Source: a virus (taxonomy: Duplodnaviria; Caudoviricetes). Taken from it: a stretch of DNA of 26,433 nucleotides. Below the pieces are notes generated by a model. The model made no database searches, was not told where the DNA came from, and saw nothing but the letters and a program-made list of their open reading frames with translations. The stretch is taken from positions 1 through 26,433 of the IMG/VR virus record IMGVR_UViG_3300025513_000049; one strand, written 5' to 3'. A program made the translations under genes and the position numbers. How positions within the stretch are numbered: the stretch's first letter is position 1; every line of letters starts with the position of its first letter. This document shows, one piece after another, positions 22,701 through 26,433 of the stretch.

Positions 22701-24828
22701 CACAGATCCTGTTGCTCAAATGATTATTAGAAACGAACCAATCGAAGACATTAAGGCTTGGTTTACTTCACCTGATGGTATTCGGTACCGTAAAGATCTT
22801 GGTTCACCGAAGAACCCGATGGGTAACTCTACGGAAATTGATACTTACTTGTCTAAGGCTATACAGCGTCTTGACTACGAGTTGCCTCAAGGTTCACGTC
22901 TACGTGAAATATCTTTACGCGGTGACCTGACCTCAACGGAAGTTATTTCCGCTATCGGTTCTTCCGAACTTCCTGTTCTTGTTGGTCGCCTTGGTAGTGA
23001 CGAGGCGGTCGGTTTGTTTAAGGGTGCAGCAAACAAGGCAGACACTATTTCTTCAAGTTTAATGAAAGGTTTGGGTAGTATTCCCGAAGACAAACTTCTT
23101 CGTCACCCTTTTTACAACAACGTTTATATTGCGCGGCAGAAAGAACTAGGAAGACTTGCCCAAGATCAAGGGCAGGATCTTACTTCCTCTGTGGTGCAAG
23201 GTCGTATTAACAGGTCTGCTCACTCTTCGGCGTTGAAGGCAACACGTGAAACAATGTACACAATTGAAGAGTTGTCTAACGTTTCACAGTTACTGCGCTG
23301 GGTGTCACCTTTCTTCCCTGCCTTTGAGAACGCTATCCGCACGTGGGGTCGTATTGCTTACGCGAACCCTGCCGTTCTTGGTTACGGTAATCTTTTGTGG
23401 AATGTTCCTAACTACATGGGTATGGTTGTTGACGAGAACGGCGATCCTGTTGCTCGCTCAAACATGCTTAAGGATGAAAACACTTGGGTTATTTTGCCCA
23501 GAGAGATTAACAACATTCTTCAAAAGAGGGGAATCATTTCTCCGGGTCAGCCGATGCGTGTGCGCCAGTCCGGTGCGAACGTTGTCTTTCCCGGTGCGGA
23601 GTTTTGGTTTCCCGGTGCAGGTCCGGGTCTTGCTGTCCCGCTGGCTGCTATCCTTCGCAACAAACCTGAAGATCAGGAACTGTTAAAGAACATTGTTGGT
23701 GAAAACATTTACCGCCAGATTGTTCCTAACGGTAACGTCAACACTAACCTTGTTGATTCGATGCTTCCTACGTTTGTTCGTAGGGTTAAGCAAATGTGGC
23801 AGGGTGAAACTTCCGACACTGCTTACATTTCTTTGTTTAACGACATGGTTGAGGATGCGTACATTAACGCTCAACTTGAAGGTAGAAACATTTCTTCTAA
23901 AGATTACGCTAAGATTGAAAGTGACGTTGACAAGTTTTGGCGCTGGCAGATTGGTGCCGCTGCTATTGCACCGTTCCAGTCTGCGTACGCTTCACCTCAC
24001 CAGTTGCAGCGTGACTCTTGGCGTAAACTTATTGACGACCAATCCATTCCTTACATTGATAAGATCAAGGCTTTCAAGGAAGAGTTCGGTTACGAGTATC
24101 TTGCTATTACTCGCTCTACTTCCGCTAACGAAACTGGCTTGAACCCTAACTTAAAAACTTGGTCTAGGATCGTTGAGAATCCTAGTTTGGTTCGTGACCT
24201 TTACAACATAAACCCTGAACTTGTTGGCATGTTTGGCAACATGGGTTCGTTTGATGACCCGTTTTCTTACGCGGTTTACGGTGAGTTCTCTGGCATGAAG
24301 ATTGGTTCTGACGGTAAACCTGTGCGTTCTAAACTTAAACCGGATCAGGTTCTTCGCAACAATCAGGTTGTTGACGGATGGTCGGAGTACTTTCAGTTAA
24401 TGGATGCCATTGAAAGTAAAGTTGTTCAGTCTGGTTTTTCTAGCCTGCAAGTTAAAGACGCACAGCCTTTGCGCGATATTCGTGATGAGACTATTGCTTT
24501 GTTGTCTGTTAAGTATGAGGCTTGGGGTCAGGAGCGTTCTTCTTACGAAAATAGTCTTCCTGACTTTATTGTTGGTGCAAGAATCCTTGTCAAGAACTCA
24601 ACGATTCTTAATGAGGACAGCACCATGAGGGCACTGTCCGATTATTTGACGTTGCGTGAAGCGATATCGGATAAACTTTCTCAGACGAGTGACAGTGACA
24701 TACGGAATTCTTTGAAAGACATTGGTTACGCTGCCGCTTTTGATTTAAGGCAAAGCGATATTGGCTTCGCTGATTTTTATGACAAGTATCTTTCTTCCGA
24801 CGACTTTAGGAAAATATATGGCTCCTAA
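19774..24828 (+). CDS. Very large putative internal virion/ejection protein
   Basis: 1684-aa ORF in the structural operon, helical and Ala-rich with a coiled-coil-like stretch; function inferred from size and context only. Confidence 0.7.
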   Translation: MAEDKKPKGPTAGARPKNWVAIKSLSGGVSSPTNSTLQETIGEPRNFRNTAPISRPDAPELTEGLPEEAQDNSFLGGFLNLMDRAVPDDLGGLIRGETGWINNVPFAGDAYENTAGRVLGTGLDAGSAVVNAMNWGSEKMNHLGAAAFSALPGGIETLTWDQANDISLGQVVTANSAINNNSFGGWLINVATLQTPFALMSAKSESDDPNNALYLENFNILNKEQREAAFESGGLGQTMSGYADAIWMVAADPTIIGGKASSILRIGSKVGEFGGLSNQSLRTAKQVSSFADRNTEQAAIIAKFGGDYKAAINSGELSTEGVRLADALNGTADSLINSVYVKNSPRKKTTLDILANETSMSNPAEGALVLNAISGHADSWVKIREVNKDLYDKLSTSMNQNIFDPVPGSAAADNMVGEISDMTTDQAKFGDELIEEAENARVAAIADEAGVIDGAPPVADEALDVFSGQLIERGGARIGAPLVRAAGAYRRGAASTNLQRNPLRKVQVPPTIPGNGHLVYDAIERTASSRPITAIRWVGKGTPNGIVDVKGGDGENSHREIANWLRRSSIQTDEATIYFNDFVAAQSPADRIAVIDRMELAYVKTVATKKNITPEAAQAVYDGYKAKRAMTLRNISKTKTKFYADPDTGEMIKVPMFYAELDATIPMIDTKIFSRVVGGHQEALRTVENLTELADQINKVWKLSVLIRLGYTQRNIAEGFLRGVAVSGMIMANPQAFAALPANILLSASVRRGLKGVATQERVLVQARDNLDNARGVLNQVFKDAGIAAGVSLRNDAAALTSQISKLKKVKTVESAAQIKKLTSKRDRLLAKANKIELTKTQPRLGQMNAARIEQNEAIRKVDELSKEIEDALTVLRIKDSRRKLLGKKGNVVAKDANGEDIIYAGAFEGPAGRAALLSSSADSTVRNVFEGSFQSRISSRNAQHDYDKIDPSKLAPAEMNVYWAEYAVRINRRYATDPVAQMIIRNEPIEDIKAWFTSPDGIRYRKDLGSPKNPMGNSTEIDTYLSKAIQRLDYELPQGSRLREISLRGDLTSTEVISAIGSSELPVLVGRLGSDEAVGLFKGAANKADTISSSLMKGLGSIPEDKLLRHPFYNNVYIARQKELGRLAQDQGQDLTSSVVQGRINRSAHSSALKATRETMYTIEELSNVSQLLRWVSPFFPAFENAIRTWGRIAYANPAVLGYGNLLWNVPNYMGMVVDENGDPVARSNMLKDENTWVILPREINNILQKRGIISPGQPMRVRQSGANVVFPGAEFWFPGAGPGLAVPLAAILRNKPEDQELLKNIVGENIYRQIVPNGNVNTNLVDSMLPTFVRRVKQMWQGETSDTAYISLFNDMVEDAYINAQLEGRNISSKDYAKIESDVDKFWRWQIGAAAIAPFQSAYASPHQLQRDSWRKLIDDQSIPYIDKIKAFKEEFGYEYLAITRSTSANETGLNPNLKTWSRIVENPSLVRDLYNINPELVGMFGNMGSFDDPFSYAVYGEFSGMKIGSDGKPVRSKLKPDQVLRNNQVVDGWSEYFQLMDAIESKVVQSGFSSLQVKDAQPLRDIRDETIALLSVKYEAWGQERSSYENSLPDFIVGARILVKNSTILNEDSTMRALSDYLTLREAISDKLSQTSDSDIRNSLKDIGYAAAFDLRQSDIGFADFYDKYLSSDDFRKIYGS

Positions 24829-25615
24829 TTCTAATATCCTTGATAACGCTTTGAGTAAAGTTAATAATGAGAATGTTGACAATACTGGAAACGCAGACTT
24901 TGATGACACTTCCATCTTTGTTAGTGGGTCACCGAACACTTCTGGTGTACCTAACTACTTGAGTGGGAACTTTAACAAACAGAACGTTATGACTGTCGGT
25001 CAGTTGAAGCAGAGTGTTGAAGAACTGTTTGCTACTAAAGATCCTTCATCTAAGGCCATTGCACAAAACTTGTACAAGGCTGGGTTTATTAGTAAGTCTC
25101 AGAGGGACACTGGTTTAAGTGTTGCTAAGTATGGTGTCGGTAACGCTGCCGCCATGTATGCCGCTTACACTCGCGTTGAGGGTTCACGGTCGGTTTCTTT
25201 TGAGGACTGGCTACCTTGGTATGCTAACTCCCAACCAGATCCTGATGAGGGTGGCGGTTCTGGCGGTGGTGGATACACTGGCCCTACTACTTCGACTAGT
25301 GTCTCTATCACTGACTCGGAAGACGTGTCTCGCTCGTTGAACACTTTCGCTGTTGACATGCTTGGTCGTAACTTGACTGACAGGGAACTGAAGAAGTACT
25401 CGAAGGCTTACACTGCCGCTGAGAAGGACTCACCGCAGGTGACTGTTTCTACTCCCGGCGTTGGTTCCAATGAGAGTGTAACTGAACAAACTGTTACTAG
25501 GGATACTATTGCCAAAAACATTTTGCAGGATAGTCCGGCGTTTGCCGACAATGTGATCAAGTCTGATGTTCTTGAAATGTTTTTTAACAGGTTAGGTGGG
25601 AACACTGGTGGCTGA
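24818..25615 (+). CDS. Putative virion protein
   Basis: ATG 24818 behind AGGA; 265 aa with a GGGSGGGG linker. Confidence 0.8.
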   Translation: MAPNSNILDNALSKVNNENVDNTGNADFDDTSIFVSGSPNTSGVPNYLSGNFNKQNVMTVGQLKQSVEELFATKDPSSKAIAQNLYKAGFISKSQRDTGLSVAKYGVGNAAAMYAAYTRVEGSRSVSFEDWLPWYANSQPDPDEGGGSGGGGYTGPTTSTSVSITDSEDVSRSLNTFAVDMLGRNLTDRELKKYSKAYTAAEKDSPQVTVSTPGVGSNESVTEQTVTRDTIAKNILQDSPAFADNVIKSDVLEMFFNRLGGNTGG

Positions 25616-26433
25616 AACTATTAAAGAAAAAAGGGCTAAGCGGGCCGCAAGGGTTGAGGGTTTGCGTCAGGAAGAGATCGCGGATTCTATCGCTAAGTAT
25701 TCTTATTTCAAGTTACTTGTTGAGTCTAACCCTGAGTTGCAGGGTTACTTTCAGGATCTTAAGAAGATCATTAAGGCTAGCCCTACGGGAACTATTACTC
25801 AGGATGAAGTTAACAACGCTACCCGTGGCTATGATTACTTTACTACTTATGACTCCGATCAGCAAAAGTCTAAGATCGCTCAGGCTCTTGACTTACAAAA
25901 CAACACTAACTTGTATCAAGAGTCTGTCGACGCGAAGAAAACTGCGATTGTTTACACGGCCCGTCAGAAGGGTTTAACTCTTAGCGAAGATGTTTTGAAC
26001 GAAATGGCTACGTTGTCTCGTTTCAACGACTGGTCGGACATTGAACTTGATAATGCTATTGGTGCGGAAACGATCAGGTTTATTTCTGGTGGCGGTCAGG
26101 CCGGTGGTGACGCTGGAACGGTTCAAACACAGTTGTTGCAGTGGGTTAACAAGAACGGGCTGAGCCTTAATAGCGCTCAGGTTGCCCGTTACGTTGAGTC
26201 AAGCGCCTTTGGGGGAACCGACTTGGAGAGTATTAAACAAAACATTCGCAACACTTACATGACTGGTTCTTACCCCGCGTGGGCGGATCGTATCTCTGCC
26301 GGTGCTGACCCTTCCGATATTGCTGCACCGTACAAGCAACGCATGGCTTCACTGTTGGAAATTGATCCTGACAGTATTGATTTTAATGACGTAATGTTAA
26401 GCCAAGGTATGCAGGGTGTTGGTGCTGACGGCA
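25608..26433 (+). CDS. Putative virion protein, truncated by the window end
   Basis: GTG start MAETIKEKRAKRAARVEGLRQEEIADSIAKYSYF...; frame appears open to the end, which explains its absence from the ORF track. Confidence 0.8.
   Translation, partial: MAETIKEKRAKRAARVEGLRQEEIADSIAKYSYFKLLVESNPELQGYFQDLKKIIKASPTGTITQDEVNNATRGYDYFTTYDSDQQKSKIAQALDLQNNTNLYQESVDAKKTAIVYTARQKGLTLSEDVLNEMATLSRFNDWSDIELDNAIGAETIRFISGGGQAGGDAGTVQTQLLQWVNKNGLSLNSAQVARYVESSAFGGTDLESIKQNIRNTYMTGSYPAWADRISAGADPSDIAAPYKQRMASLLEIDPDSIDFNDVMLSQGMQGVGADG

Noticed and set aside
13683-25605. Antisense and alternate-frame ORFs inside terL, portal and virion genes (e.g. 13683-14393, 17377-18093, 23246-23686)
   Set aside because: Shadow ORFs fully nested in strong genes, with compositions expected from codon bias.
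1-26433. Stop-codon reassignment or prophage integration features
   Set aside because: Genes tile densely under the standard code using all three stops; no integrase, att site or host genes are seen.

Overview
A 26.4 kb segment of a tailed dsDNA phage genome, very probably an actinobacterial phage (WhiB, a phage sigma factor, TANNNT promoters). The gene content resembles uncultured freshwater actinophages; this is inferred, not searched. It has four blocks. (1) 1-5741 (+) is a replication/regulation operon: a structured tRNA-like ncRNA candidate, DnaB/RecA-like helicase, a C5 methyltransferase split over two overlapping frames, Holliday junction resolvase, split primase, DUF1599, metallophosphoesterase and sigma factor. 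(2) 5869-12497 (-) is a long train of small, translationally coupled accessory/early genes, including an Rpf/transglycosylase-like protein, WhiB, a truncated beta-clamp homolog and many Cys-rich microproteins. In the promoter-proximal part (9.6-12.0 kb) five intergenic gaps each hold a 56-69 nt imperfect hairpin with unrelated sequence but similar architecture, followed by a shared extended Shine-Dalgarno motif. (3) 12500-13620 is non-coding, with SigA-type promoters, a perfect CRP box, palindromes and a 15-bp periodic array (candidate genome end/packaging/origin region). (4) 13620-26433 (+) holds a terminase with a fused N-terminal HTH, portal, small basic proteins and large putative internal virion proteins. 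The strongest novelty candidates are the ~220 nt tRNA-mimic RNA at 217-436 and the intergenic hairpin array. All structures were paired by eye and all family calls are from motif recognition.
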